Source: Selaginella moellendorffii | Lineage: Eukaryota > Plantae > Lycopodiophyta | Assembly (NCBI RefSeq): GCF_000143415.4 | Contig: NW_003314271.1 | Location: forward strand, 930,001 to 994,000 | Length of the DNA stretch: 64,000 nt | Direction: 5' to 3' | Shown here: positions 39,609-52,800 of the stretch, piece by piece | How the letters are laid out: every line of letters starts with the position of its first letter | Position numbering within the stretch: position 1 is the stretch's first letter | Translations under genes and position numbers: made by a program | The notes under the pieces: generated by a model | Told to the model about the DNA's origin: nothing | What the model saw: only the letters and a program-made list of their open reading frames with translations | The model's database searches: none

Positions 39609-42600
39609 TGTCAAGACCCCCAACAAAATCAAGACTCGAAAATGCAGAAGACAAAGAGAAAAGCTAGTGAAAACGAAAAAAAAACCTTAAACTGGCGTTG
39701 ATTCAAATTGTGGAGAAATGGAACAAGGCTAACCTATATATACTATAGGTTGATGAAGTTCCACCACTCTTGGATCGGAGACGGCCTAAATATAGCTAAG
39801 GTCGAGGAGGCACCACGTCATCATCAAGAATGTGGCTCGAGATTTAGGAATCGTACAGGAAATCAGAGAGTCAGGAATAGGGAAGTGTCTTGAAAGTCAA
39901 GAATATGGTCTGTAGGTCAGGAATCCAGTGAGAGTCAGGAATGTGGCAAGAATTGGGGGATTCCTGACAGCACCCCCTCCTCAAGAACGAGTGGAACGAG
40001 GACATGAATGAGAACGAAGAGGAGGATGAGATGGGCGGCGAGGGATAGAAGATGGAGAAAAAGAATGAGGACTGGGATGAGAAAGATAGTGGTGGTGGAA
40101 GTCCTGAACAAGTCAGGAGAATGAATTAGGTTGTCCGCAGGTTCCCAAGTGCATTTCTCAAGTCCATAACCCTTCCAATCTACCAGATAGTAGAGGTTAG
40201 ACCGTGAGATCTTGGAATCAAGGATGTCTTGAACCTCGTACTCACACCCATCCTCGAGCTGCACTGGTGGAGGCGGAGGAATGACCCAATTTGGTATAGG
40301 ACTGGGAATATAAAGCTCAAGGAGAGAGGAGTAAAAAACGGGGTGAATTTGATATGAGGAAGGAAGTGCAAGGCAATAAGTGATAGGATTAATGATGGCA
40401 GTGATAGGGAAAGGACCGAGGCATTTGAAATTAAGTTTGGGACATGGCCTAGTGGTGGACATATTTCACCTGAGGAGCCAGACTTTATCCTCGATATTGT
40501 AAGGGGGACAATCTTGACGATGGACATTGGCAAATGTTTTGTGAGATTCCTAAGCACGATGGAGGTGGAAGGAGATGGAGTTGTGGATTTCCTAGAGGTT
40601 GGAGATAAATGCCTCAGAGCGGGGATTTGAACGAGAGGATTCGGATGGAAAAGGAAGTGAGAGATTGAATTGGGGATTTCGGCTAGAGTTCGCAAAGAAG
40701 GGGGAAACTTGAAGGGAGGAGTGAACAGAATTGTTATAGGAGAACTCAGCAAGGGGAAGGATATCGAATCAGTCATCCTGATGATAGTTGATAAAGCCCC
40801 TCAAGAATTGTTTCAATGTCTGAATTGTTCACTCAGACTGTCCATCACTTTGAGGATGATACGCCGAAGAGAGGTTGGCCTTCACTCCAAGAAACTGCAA
40901 GAACCATTGCCAGAAATGAGAGACAAACTGATGTCCCCGATCCGAAACCACATCTACAGGAATCCCATGAAGTTGGAAAATTTCCCTGAATACCAGTTTT
41001 GCCATGTCCTTGCCCGAAAACTCCTTGGTACACGGCAGGAAGTGTGCCATCTTTGTGAAGCGATTCACCACGACTAAAATGCTGTTGAAGCCTCCATAAC
41101 TCGGAAGATCACTCAAGAAATCCATGGAGATGGATTCTCAAGGACCTAAAGGGACCGGGAGGGAACGAAGCAAACCTGAAGGAAGGTGGCAAGGTACCTT
41201 ATTCCGGGTGCAAGTGTCACAGGAGGTAACAAAAGCTTTGATGTAGTCATCCATGTGAGGCCACCAAAAGTCCTGTGCAACCAGCTCATAGGTTTTCACA
41301 ATGCCGAAGTGACCAGTAATCGGGCTATTTTGGCACGCCATCAGGACCAACCTTCGAGCATCACCTTCAGGAACGTAAAGCTGCTCCCCACGGTACAACA
41401 AGCCATCTAAGAACTTGAACTCGTCAAATCGCTGGTAGTTGGGAGTCACTGGGTATCCAGCTTGAAGATGGGGGAAAATGTCGCTGGTGAGGTCGTTGGA
41501 TTGAAGATTGTTTCTGATCGCATCCATCAAGGAGGAGTCCTGAGGGACCAGGGAAATTGCCATAACTTGAAGCCGATTAGGACTAAGGATAACCTAATCC
41601 TGTTGATTGAAGGCAAGATTACAAGGCCTGAGACTGAGATAGGTGCGCCTTAAAAGAGCATCAGGAAGGCCTTGAAGCTTTCCAGGTCTGTATTTGATAA
41701 TAAAGTCAAATTGACTTAGGAATTGTGCCCACCTTGCCTGACAACAGCTCAAAACTCGGGAAGTGGCAAAGTACTCGAGATTTTTATGATCTGTCCAGGC
41801 CATTGTTTGATGGCTTGCCCCCTCCAAGAAACGACGCCACTCTCCAAAGGAATCCACGATGGCAAGGAGCTCCTTATTGTGGATTTCGTAATTGATCTCC
41901 GCAAGCTAGAATTTCTGAGAATAAAAAGCGATCGGATGAAATTCCTGATCTGCTCTGAGTTGAGACAACACAGCACCGATGGCAAAATTGGAAGTGTCAG
42001 CCTCGATAAAGAAAGGTTGTGAGGGATCAGTGTGGATCAAGACGGGAGCAGAATTGAAGGCCACCTTGAGTGTGTCGAAGGTTTGCTAGGCAGCAGTAAA
42101 CCAAGAGAAGGGAACATCCTTGTGAGTGAGATGCGTGAGAGGAAGGACAATGTCAGAGTAGTGATCAATGAATTTGCAGTAAAAGTTGGCAAAGCCAAGG
42201 AAAACCTGAACGTCCGACATTGATTGTGGAGGCTCCCATTCAAGAATAGTTTTGACTTTGGCAAGATCCATCATGATACCTTTAGAAGTGACAATGTACC
42301 CAAGGAACTCCACAGACTCCTGATCGAAAGAACATTTCTCAAGCTTTGCATATAGGCCATGTTCCCACAGCTTCACCAGCACCTTGTGCACATACTCGTC
42401 GTGCTCCTCTTGAGTTTTTGAGTAGATGAGGATGTCGTCGAGGTAGACAATCACCATCTGATCAAGAAACTCCCGAAAGACGTTGTTCACCATGTGTTGG
42501 AAAACTGCTGGAGCATTTATCAAGCCAAATGGCATGACAGTGTACTCGAAGTGGCCATGGCGAGTTTGGAATGCAGTTTTCCATTCGTCGCTAGGCCGGA

Positions 42601-44873
42601 TTTGGATTAGGTTGTATGCTCCACGGAGGTCGATCTTGGTGAAGAAGCGGGCACCACCGAGGTGTTCTAACAGGTCCGAGATCAAGGGCAACAGATAACG
42701 GTTCCGAATAGTCAGCATGTTCAAACCTCAGTAGTCGATGACTAGCTACAAACTCCCATCCTTCTTCTTGACAAAGAAGACAAGCACTCCAGTCGGGGAG
42801 TACGAATGCTAAATGTACCCCGAGGCAAGATTCTCATCCACATACCCTTTGAGGGCCTTAAGCTCGGACGGAAATAACCCTTAGATAAGCCCCCACGGAG
42901 GTGATGCTCCTTCCTATAAATCAATGGGACAGTCATAAGGTTAACGAACAAGCAGTGCACTAGCTTTTTTCTTGTCAAACACATCCCCAAAATCATGATA
43001 CTTCTCAGGAAGACTGACAAGAGAAACATGCAAAGCAAAAAGGAAAACAAGTTCTTCATGAAGGAGTTCTTTCATAGTGATTGTGGAGATAGGAGGAGGC
43101 GTACGACTAAATGGAATGATGAGACGAGGATACTGTCTAGTGTAAGATGGAAGAGAGGGAAAAGAAGAGGGTGAAAACTTCATAGAGTCAGGAACAGAAC
43201 CTCAATTTGAGTTGAGGGAACTTTTTTTGAGTTGGACTCGATGAACAGTAGGGGAAGCTGTGGGAGATGGTGACATGGGAGAGACGAGCTGTAATTCCTT
43301 CCAACATATCTGAGGTTGGTGTAGTTGGAACCAAGGAAGGCCAAGCACCATAGAGGAGGACTTGCTGTTGATGATGTTGAAGGTGATATCGGTGACGGTG
43401 GACCTGATGTGTACTCAAACGGGCAACGTTTCCCTAAGGCCAGAAGATGGAGACACAAAATGTCTGCCGATGCCTTCAACCCTCAGATCCTGTATGGTAG
43501 GAGAAAGAGGAACATGATGTCGGGCAGCAAAGTTTATGTCCATGAAGCAGGAAGTTGCAGCCGAGTCCAGTAGCACCAGAGCCTTGAGTCCTGATTGTTC
43601 GGTGAAAGAAAGGAGACATAGGATGAGGAAGTTGCGGGAATTGGTGGTGGCTTTGATGAAAGGTGGTGAGGAGCTTGATAAAGAAGAAAAGTGATTTTTA
43701 TTCGGGGAGTCCAAATAGACAGCTCCTATTCTGTTTGGACAGGGTCGTTTCCCAACTACAATAGAGGTGGACCTTGATGCAGAGTGAACTCGAGCAGTCG
43801 GGGAGGCTTCTTGGGACACACAGCTGCTTTGTGATTAGGATCAACATAATAGAGGCAAAGATTATGAGATATTCGACATTGCTTCTCAGTAGGACTCAAC
43901 TTCCCTTTGTTGAGTCGGGGAGTACCAGAAATATCCATTGGGACCGGAGTAGTAGGTTTGGGAGTATGCCCCGAAGACTCAAGCTGGGATTTCTAAATCT
44001 GGGATGGGAAAACGGCGGTGCGGCAACTTTCTTGACGACGTTCAAAGAGACGATTGTCACATCAGCTCTAGAACCGCGACCCCTTTCATGCTCTTCTCTA
44101 GGAGAGGAGAAAACCATGACAAAGCTGCACATCGAGCAACGTCCCGATCACACCGATTTGAGACTTGGGAGTGGGGTACCGCTGATGTTGAAGTGCGAAA
44201 ATCAGCTCCATCTGGTTTAGGAATCCGTGAAGCTCTGAACACTTGCTTGAAAATTTCGCCGGGAAACTCACCTTCGGTTCAAGAACTTTGCTGGGTCCTT
44301 GAGCCGAAAGTGAAGCAAGCTCCTGCTGCATGCAAAGAAGGGTTGCCTTCAGCTCAGTATTCTTAGATTGGATTTTTGTAAGGACTTCGGCAAGAAATCA
44401 GGACAGCTTGAAGACTCCATCGGCAAAGAAGAAAGAAAAAGGGGGAAAAAGACAAAGACAATCAAACAATCAAAATGAGCTAAAGCAAAAATGAAAAAAA
44501 CAATCTGAATTAAATTGTCGAGACCCCCAACAAAATCAAGACTGGAAAATGCAGAAGACAAAGAGAAAAGCTAGTGGAAATGAAGAAAAGGCTTTATACT
44601 AATGTTGATTCAGATTGTGGAGAAATGGAACAAGGCTAACCTATATATACTATAGGTTGATGAAGCTCCACCACTCTTGGATCGAAGACAGCCTAAATAT
44701 AGCTAAGGTCGAGGAGGCACCACATCATCAGGAATGTGGCTTGAGATTCAAGAATTATACGGGAAATTAGAGAGTCAAGAATAGGGAAGTGTCTCGAGAG
44801 TCAAGAATGTGGTCTGCAGGTCAGGAATCTGGTGAGAGTCAGGAATGTGGCAAGAATTGGGGGATTCCTGACA
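39609..44873 (-). mobile_element. Full-length Ty3/Gypsy chromovirus (Tcn1/Tf1-sushi-like) with decayed gag-PR-RT-RH-IN-chromodomain; LTRs 39609-39969 and 44516-44873; TSD CACTC
   Basis: TG..CA LTRs of ~360 bp; cactc at 39604-39608 and 44874-44878; PPT next to 39970; [50 protein letters not shown]. Confidence 0.97.
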
Positions 44874-45257
44874 CACTCAACTCTACCAAAAATTAGAGTT
44901 GTTTTATATCATGAACAAAGTTCTACTTTTGGACAGAAAATTATCTAAATCTACATTTAAATATGACAAAGCAAGTGAAAGTGGAGTTGAAAGAAATTTT
45001 TTAACAAACCTTGCATTGATCTTTTGGCAGGCCAAGATAGATCTATTGATATCCAAAGGAAGCTACATACTTATGGTTACTGTTAATAATTTGGAATATT
45101 ATCCCCACAAATTATTAAGTTTCAGAATGTCTAATAAGCATATTATTGAATTCAAAGGTCTTCTTCCTTTAAATAGGATCGCTGCATTTCACGATCTTGA
45201 GTGTGACGGTAATGATCTCTATTATTCCTAGCTTGCAAAGAGAATATTACTACCTTT

Positions 45258-45544
45258 ATGCTTTATTTCGTTAAAGTGGAACTTTTCATTATCCCACTTA
45301 TGGTGTGTGGCCACATGCCATTTTTATAACAACAATAAAAAATTGAAGTTTTAGCTTTATAATTTATAAATTAAAAATTTTTCATATGATTTTGTGTTAT
45401 AATATTGTGAAATATAAAAAATAAATTAAAAAACTGATAGAAATATTAATAAATATTAATTAAGTACTAGGAAATGGCATGTGGACACATGCTAATTAAT
45501 GTCCCACTTTACTGAATAAGTTCCACTTTAACGAAATAGAGCAT
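45258..45544. mobile_element. 287-bp MITE with 27-bp TIRs and a 4-bp TSD (CTTT)
   Basis: atgctttatttcgttaaagtggaactt ... aagttccactttaacgaaatagagcat; empty site present in the inverted paralog at ~27285. Confidence 0.92.
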
Positions 45545-46455
45545 CTTTAGTGACCTAAAGCTCCTTTTAAAAATGTTTGAATTAGTATTTGGATATTAAA
45601 TGAAATATCTAAATAATCAGGTGCTAAAAGATTAATATTTGTGCCTATAAATATACATGCATTCAACTTGAATCAATACAAAATACTGTTAGCAAAATAT
45701 TTATTGATATGATATATTTGAATGGAATGTAGATCAGATTTAGTTTTAAAACTTACAAATATATAATTAAAAAACTAAATTTTTTATTTATAAATTTTAA
45801 TTATTAGTTTATTAAGTTATATGTTAACTTATTTATAAATGACTTATTTATTTGGTTAATATAAACTGAGGATTTTTGTTTTGTGCCTTGTAGCAATTGC
45901 CTAATATGTGTTTATATATTAAATTGTATTTTATACCACTTACTGAGTTTTAAATGTATTTTATAAAATATAGAAGATAAACAATAATGCTAAAATTAAA
46001 TAACTAGAGTTAAATGAGATTAGATGGGAAACCTAATACAAGGAAAGTTTATTTATTAAGTATTTTTAAGTTATAGTTTATACAACTTGAGTTTAGAAGT
46101 TGATACAAATGAAAAAAATTAATACAAAAATAATATATTGTCTTGATCTCGTTTTATCCAATCTTTAGCATCAATATCCATAAATTCAAGTTAATCATTC
46201 ATCAATTTTTAATTTAGTTAGGACTTATATTCTTTTTCTTCCTTCAGCCCTCTCACCATTTTGCTTGTAATCAAATTATATTATAATTGATTTTTTGTCA
46301 TAAATGGTGCAGATTTGGATTCATGCTCTTCATTACAAATATAGTTCTTCCACCACAAAAAGATTCTCTAGGCTTTTGCAAAACCAACTGCTGGAGTCAT
46401 TCCACTGCATATCCAATAGATATGAAGCTATTTCGACCTGGAGCACATTTCTATG

Positions 46456-46710
46456 CTCTTGTCCCTTCACTCCTTGGGCTAAATGCTCAAGAGTCATTCT
46501 ATGCTCTAATTCTTTTGTTCCTTGGCTTTAAATTTGGGAGTTAGGCTCTGTCCTTTCATTTAGTGGCCCAAGGCCCTAAAACTCAAGTTCTAATCCACTA
46601 TCCCTAGACACATGGTACATGGCATGTGGTATATAAAAGGATAAGTTCTGCTTTGTGGTTATCCTATGGTAAATCACTATAGAATAAAGGCTGAAAATCA
46701 TGTATGCTAT
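46456..46710 (+). mobile_element. Family A LTR 3' fragment
   Basis: Reverse complement of 53497-53755; ends catgtatgctata. Confidence 0.7.
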
Positions 46711-47199
46711 ACTCACTGTTCATAGTAGTGTTCACCACCACCACTATTAATTTAAAGCTTGAATGCCTATCCACTAAATTTTACTAACCTTTGATACTTC
46801 TTCATTATGTAACTATACCTTTGGTCACTAAACAAAAGAATTATTCCTTTTGCTTTCCATAATTTAAAACTTTAGAATGATAATTCGAAATATTGCAACT
46901 CAATGTGAGTCTCATGTGCATGGGTACTCCTAACCATGTGGCTAAAGCAAGTTTCTAATGAACCATACAAGACAATGCCACTCATACTTGAATTAGGAAC
47001 ATTAATCATTTGATCTTTCACAACTATTAAATACTTCATCAAATCACCCCATTTATTTATCCATATTCATTTTACCCTTGGACTCTTTAATAATTATATC
47101 ATTTTCCACCACATGTCTTCCTTAGTCATATTAACCTTTTTTAGCCTCACTAATTCCACTTTGTAGGGATTTATTAAACCTGGAGAAAATCGGTTTAGG

Positions 47200-47430
47200 C
47201 TTTCACCCTTGGATTTAGTCTTGGTTTCAGTCTCAGTCTTGGTCTTGTCCTTAGTCTTAGTTTCAATCTCAATCTCGCTCTCGGATTTGAATTTGAATTT
47301 GGACTCCCTCTCAAACCTATTCTCAACCTTCATTTCTCAGACTTAATTTTGGACTCGGTCTCAGACTCAGTATCAGACTTGAAATCAGTCTTAAACTCAG
47401 TCTTAGACTAAGTCTCAGATTTGGTTTTGA
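47200..47430. repeat. Degenerate hexamer tandem repeat (gtctca/gtctta/gactca)
   Basis: 6-nt periodicity; gives a spurious KT/ET dipeptide ORF. Confidence 0.75.
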
Positions 47431-47517
47431 CACTTTTATGTCTTATAACATTTACCATGTGTTAGTTTTTTTGCATTTTGTTTTAAAGACTTACTTCATC
47501 AATCACTTTATGCTCAT

Positions 47518-47617
47518 NNNNNNNNNNNNNNNNNNNNNNNNNNNNNNNNNNNNNNNNNNNNNNNNNNNNNNNNNNNNNNNNNNNNNNNNNNNNNNNNNNN
47601 NNNNNNNNNNNNNNNNN
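47518..47617. other. Assembly gap (100 N)
   Basis: Run of N. Confidence 1.
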
Positions 47618-48796
47618 AATGATTGGGAGTCGAGGTTAGTGTCTCGCATTTGTGCGCTCAACTTCAAGTTCTTCAGTAGTGCCATGTTTCTAAGGCTGTC
47701 AAGATCTAGGGGTGAAGGGCTGCCTGTCAAGCTGGATTTACTATTGTGGGATTGATGTTACTCATACAAGCCGGATCCACAGGTCAATTATTTTGAAGCT
47801 AGATTTTATGCTAGAGGAGTGGCCAATTGAGTGAAGCTGCAATCTTTTGAAAGAAGAGATTGAAAGTTTGAAGAAAGTAGGTTTCAAGCTAAAGACTTCC
47901 TTAAATATTGTTGTTAATACTGCTATGCCACCAATATCAACACTAGATTAGCATACACGATCAGCTAGGAATGGAAAGGTTGTACAATATAAGTCTTTCA
48001 TTTCAAAAGGTGCACAAGAAAAGATTAAGTTAGCAAAAGAGTTGAAGTGCACAATCCCAAAGACAAATTACATTAATGTTGTGGCTAAGGAGTTTGTTGT
48101 TGTGACTGAGTTGTCAAAGGGTACGAGCTACATTATCAAAAATCTGCAAAAATCCATCTTATACCTGTCCAAATTTTACACTGAGGGAGAATAAGAGAAA
48201 GGTATATTTAGCCTACAAGCACATCTATTACATTTTTATGCAAGAATTAAACCAAGATTCTAAGATTGACCATCACATCCATCAAGTAAGCTTTACAGTT
48301 GTGAAGCTTGAGAAGTGTTTTTAAATTGCTTTTAGTGTTCGGATCTATATTTATATTTGTATTTTATTGGTCAAATTTACTTGGAAATATAGATTAAATC
48401 AAAATTTGAAAAATAAAAAAATGTTAGTTTGGGACGAACCAATGTTTTTCTTGTGTTTGAGAAACCATGAGCTCATGAGCTCAAAACCTACCCAAGCTTA
48501 AGCTGATCTCTCTATAGAACTTGTTCACAGAGATCCACGTAAGGTAGGTGCACTAGAAGTTGGCACCTTGCTCTATATCGAGTTTCCATGGAGGTTGAGA
48601 TAACCAAGGTTTGTGCACTTATCCAATGGAGGAACTTCATTGCTGAGTTTGTTGTCACTCAAGTCAAATATCTCTAGATGATCCAGCTGACTAAATCCTC
48701 TTCAAATGCTACCTGATATGTTGTTATAGTTGAGATGCAATCGCTGGAGAGTCTTCATCTATGTGATCGAATGTGGAATGGGCTTCCTTTTTCAGC

Positions 48797-49845
48797 TATG
48801 GGTATGTAATTATCTTTTTTTTCTGCCATCAAACATCTTCTGTCTTGGGGAATTGCAAGCTTGGCAAGGCCGCCTTGGGAGAGAATGTCAAGACACAGAT
48901 CGTATCTTCAACTTGAGCTCTTCAAGCTTTACGAATTCGGTAAGCTTAAACTCTCGTATTGCAGTTGTTTGTTGATTTTTCTTGTTTGTATATAGAGGCC
49001 TGTCCCTTCTGTAGACGAGTGAGAGAAGCACGATCTTTCTGCCGAGGTAGTGTCTCGCGGAAGTTGCAGATGGAAACTTTTTCAATTTTTGTGTAGTTGT
49101 ATCCGTGCCCCAAAGGATCTCGAGTCCATCGTGCGTTTGTGAAATCGTCTGGAGGCAAAGAGCAGTAAGTGATACACTCTTGTCTGTAACAAATTCTCAT
49201 CGAATATGACAGGTTTTCATTTGTCTTGGATCCAAACACCGGCGTGTCAATGTACGAGAGCTGTGAGTAACTTTCTCGTTTTCTTTCCATCACAATCAGC
49301 TTGCATGAATGCCTCTGGCAGCCGATATTGTCAACTACTTGTTCCAGGAATATGGTGAGAGAAGCAAGCCAACATTCGGGATTTTAGAAAGGTAAGAAGT
49401 TTTATTGAAGTGTAAACTCTTCGGTATTTCATCATAGTGTGTTCCAGCACTTTAGTCACTGGCTGGGTGCCGACAATAATATGAGCAGGGGGAGGCATGT
49501 CACTGTGGAATGGAGCATTGCCAAATCCTCCACAGAAGCTACTTGAGCTCTACTTGAACAACCAGGTAAAGCACTTTGTTTTCAAAGAATTCTAAAAGTT
49601 TTTGGTAGTTTGCAAGGCTCGGAAGCGAAGTCCTGTGCGAGCTGGAACTTCCTTACATCCTCTGGAACACGGGCAAAGGGTAACTTAATTGCTCCAAGCT
49701 CAAGCAAATCTCAGGTTCAACACAGGTAACCTTTTGGTCTATTTTTTCCCTTCATTATCATTGTCAAGAACAGGTTCCACTAGTTGATCCCAACACTGGC
49801 ATACAAATAGTCCGCTATCTCTTCGCTAACTATAATTCGAACCGA
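48797..49845 (+). pseudogene. 5'-truncated copy 3 of the GST-N/thioredoxin gene
   Basis: Same truncation point and exon-2 deletion as copy 2, plus further private deletions. Confidence 0.93.
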
Positions 49846-52800
49846 TGTTGATGCAGATTTTCCTATCAGCTATCATCATGTTCACTCCATTGAGTGGTAC
49901 TAATAGTGTATCGCACTTTTCTCCCAAGAACAGGGAAATGGCAGTTGCTACCATCAGCAAACGGAGGTACCAGCTAAACAGCAGTGTTCCCACAACTATG
50001 GACTGGTTGGCTTTCTAGAACGTACGATACGGGGTGATCTGTACTAGAGAGAGAAAGTGTTTAGGGTAGGCATTCTTTTTGTACCCCATTTTCAAGAAAT
50101 GAGGCATTTGGCGCATCTTTTCTGCTACCGCCGGGAACGAGCTCAAGGTTGCGAGGTATGGGTCATGATGTGGGGATCGTTCGTGATTTGGGGTCGTGTC
50201 CTTCTTGGTAGGAAGAGAGGAAATTCTGCTTCGCATGCATCCAGGATGCCCCTGGGGGGAGGGTGTGATGTCCTGGACTGAGAAAACAAAACGATGGCTG
50301 GGACAGCAGTGCTTGGGCAGAATTTGAGAGCTTTGGATGCGCACACAGTGGCTATCATCCCTGGACACATTGATGAAAGGAAAGTGTTAGGTCTTTCTTT
50401 CTTGACTTCTCGACTCACTGACCAAACTTTTTGTGACGAGGTTTGAAGTTCTGGAGAGCAAGGACGAGCTTGATCTCATTGGACAACAACCACCAGAACC
50501 GCTGCGGCAGTTTAACCAGCGCTTTCAGTCTTATATTCGTAAATTCGTCCTGTGTGGCGACTTGATACGGCTGTGCATCACTTTGCCAAGTTCCAGCCTT
50601 CTTGGATTGGTCCTTATCAGGTACTTTCTCGTGCTGGCACTAATTCGTATTGGCTAGCAGAGTTGACGGGCAGGAAACCACCGAAGCCAATCAATGGAGT
50701 TCATCTCAAACGGTATTTCTTTTAACTGGTACAGTTCACGTTTCGTTTCTATTCTTTTAATGCTTTGAGTGTCTTTGCGAGAACTATTTTGTTACTCACA
50801 GGCCCGAACCTGATTCGGGAGCAGGACACTGTCTCCTGGGATAAGTTCTGTCCCATTCGCGATGCGGAGACAGCTTGTTGAGGGGCACGATCCTGTGGTA
50901 CGTAATGCTTCTCTCTCCCCTGTCTCTTGAGGTTTCCGATCGTCACAGTTCTGAGGTCCATTCTTTGTCTCAAATCGCTGAGAATGTTAATCTGCATTTC
51001 CTTGCTTTCTGTCATAACTGTTACATTTGAACTGCTTTCTATGTTTTCTTGTTCCGTGGTCTCGTTCGTCTAGTTGTGGCCTGTTGTTAACAATCTTTCA
51101 CTGGGGATGGCCAAAGCGCTTGGTCTCTCTGGCGTTGGAAAGTTTCATGGCGGTTGGTTCTCGTTGACAGTTGGCCAAGTCGCTTGGTCCTTTCGGCTTG
51201 TCAATCGACTGCCTATGACGGGCTGCTTCAAGGATGGATGAGACACGGGAAAATTTGTGTGATGCCTTTCTGTGCTTATTGTCTTTCTTTCATACCATTG
51301 CCTCGGAGCTTGAACATCGATGCTACCTCAGAATCTTTGACTTTGGACCTCCAATCACTTGGGATTGAGACTCATTCGCCCCTTGAGAGTTGCACACCAT
51401 CAACACTGAATCTCTTAGTATCTGCGCACTTGGGACGTGCTTTCCCCAGTCAGTCGCCAAACTGGTACAATCCGAGAACGTACGGGAGAGTGTTATAAGA
51501 GAGAGTGTAGGGTAGACATTCCTTTTGGGTAATGTTAGTGCAGAGATCATGAAGGGAACTGCCATGGAGATGTGCTCCAGGTCCAAGAGTCCCCAGGAGA
51601 GGCATGCAATCCATGACCTAGGTCAATCTGCTGAAACAAAGGAAGTACGGTCAAGATTGCAGGAAATTTCACTAAAGCATAAAATAGTGATAAAGTCCGT
51701 CTCTTATCTGTAAATTGTTTTTGAACTTTTGCCATCTTGAGTTTAATAAGTATCAGGTGTGAGATGGATGATGTCGATTTCCCCTGTTAAAGACACACAA
51801 GACTGAGATAATGACCTTTAGTGAAAATTGTTCATCAAGTTTTACATATTTATCTAAATATTTATTTCGAAATATTTCTGATATGTAGATGATAAAGGAA
51901 AATTTAAAAAAATTAAAAATATTTTATTCAAAATGAAAGTAATAAAATACTTTAATTTTTATATTATTTAAAAAAATTATAAGTTAAATATTTAGTTTAA
52001 TATAAAATGATGGTAACATGAAGAACAACAATATTTTCTAAATTTTTTAATATACTTCTTGTTTGCATCCTTTTTAAAATATATATACTTATTTATCAGT
52101 TTTGATATAAAAAACTTGATCTTGTAAATCCACGTAATAACTATAATTGAGATAAGGTTATTGCTAATGGCAATCCCCTTGTATCATTTATGATAAAAAA
52201 TCAATCTCAATAAACTTTGATTACAAGAAAATGATGAGAAGGAAACACAAAAGGAAGTTAAGTAATATAAATTATAATTAAACTTAATTAAATTTATAAA
52301 TATTGATTATAAAGGCTAAAAATTGTCAATGTTGTGCCATTTCTAGCCTCCTGATAAGAGCTACATCACCATATATAAGTGATATAATCTTAACAATTGC
52401 TCAATGTGGCCATCTTTCAATCGGTATCATATTGTTCTATATGTATAATAACTTTGGCCCAATTCAATCCTAATGTTTTTACTTTAAGGGTTTGCTTTAA
52501 ATAGCTATTAATAATATTTCACTATTTTGTGCATTTTTTGGAGGTTTATGTGCATCATATCATAATTATCCTTATTGACTTGTAAAATTCCTTATTTAAC
52601 AATTTTTCACTAATAAGCCATCTTAAATATCTAGATTTAATGAATGCTTCCATTTTTTCCACTTCTAAATTAAATAATTACTCCTTTATTTTTGATAGTT
52701 AGGTTTAAAATGTAGAACCTTTTAGTTGTTTCTTAATCAATATTTTGATAGCTTATATGTTCCTTTTAATGACTTGTATTTTTTTAAATGTTCTCCTTCA

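Noticed and set aside
47094-47333. KT/ET-repeat ORF
   Set aside because: Translation of a degenerate hexamer repeat
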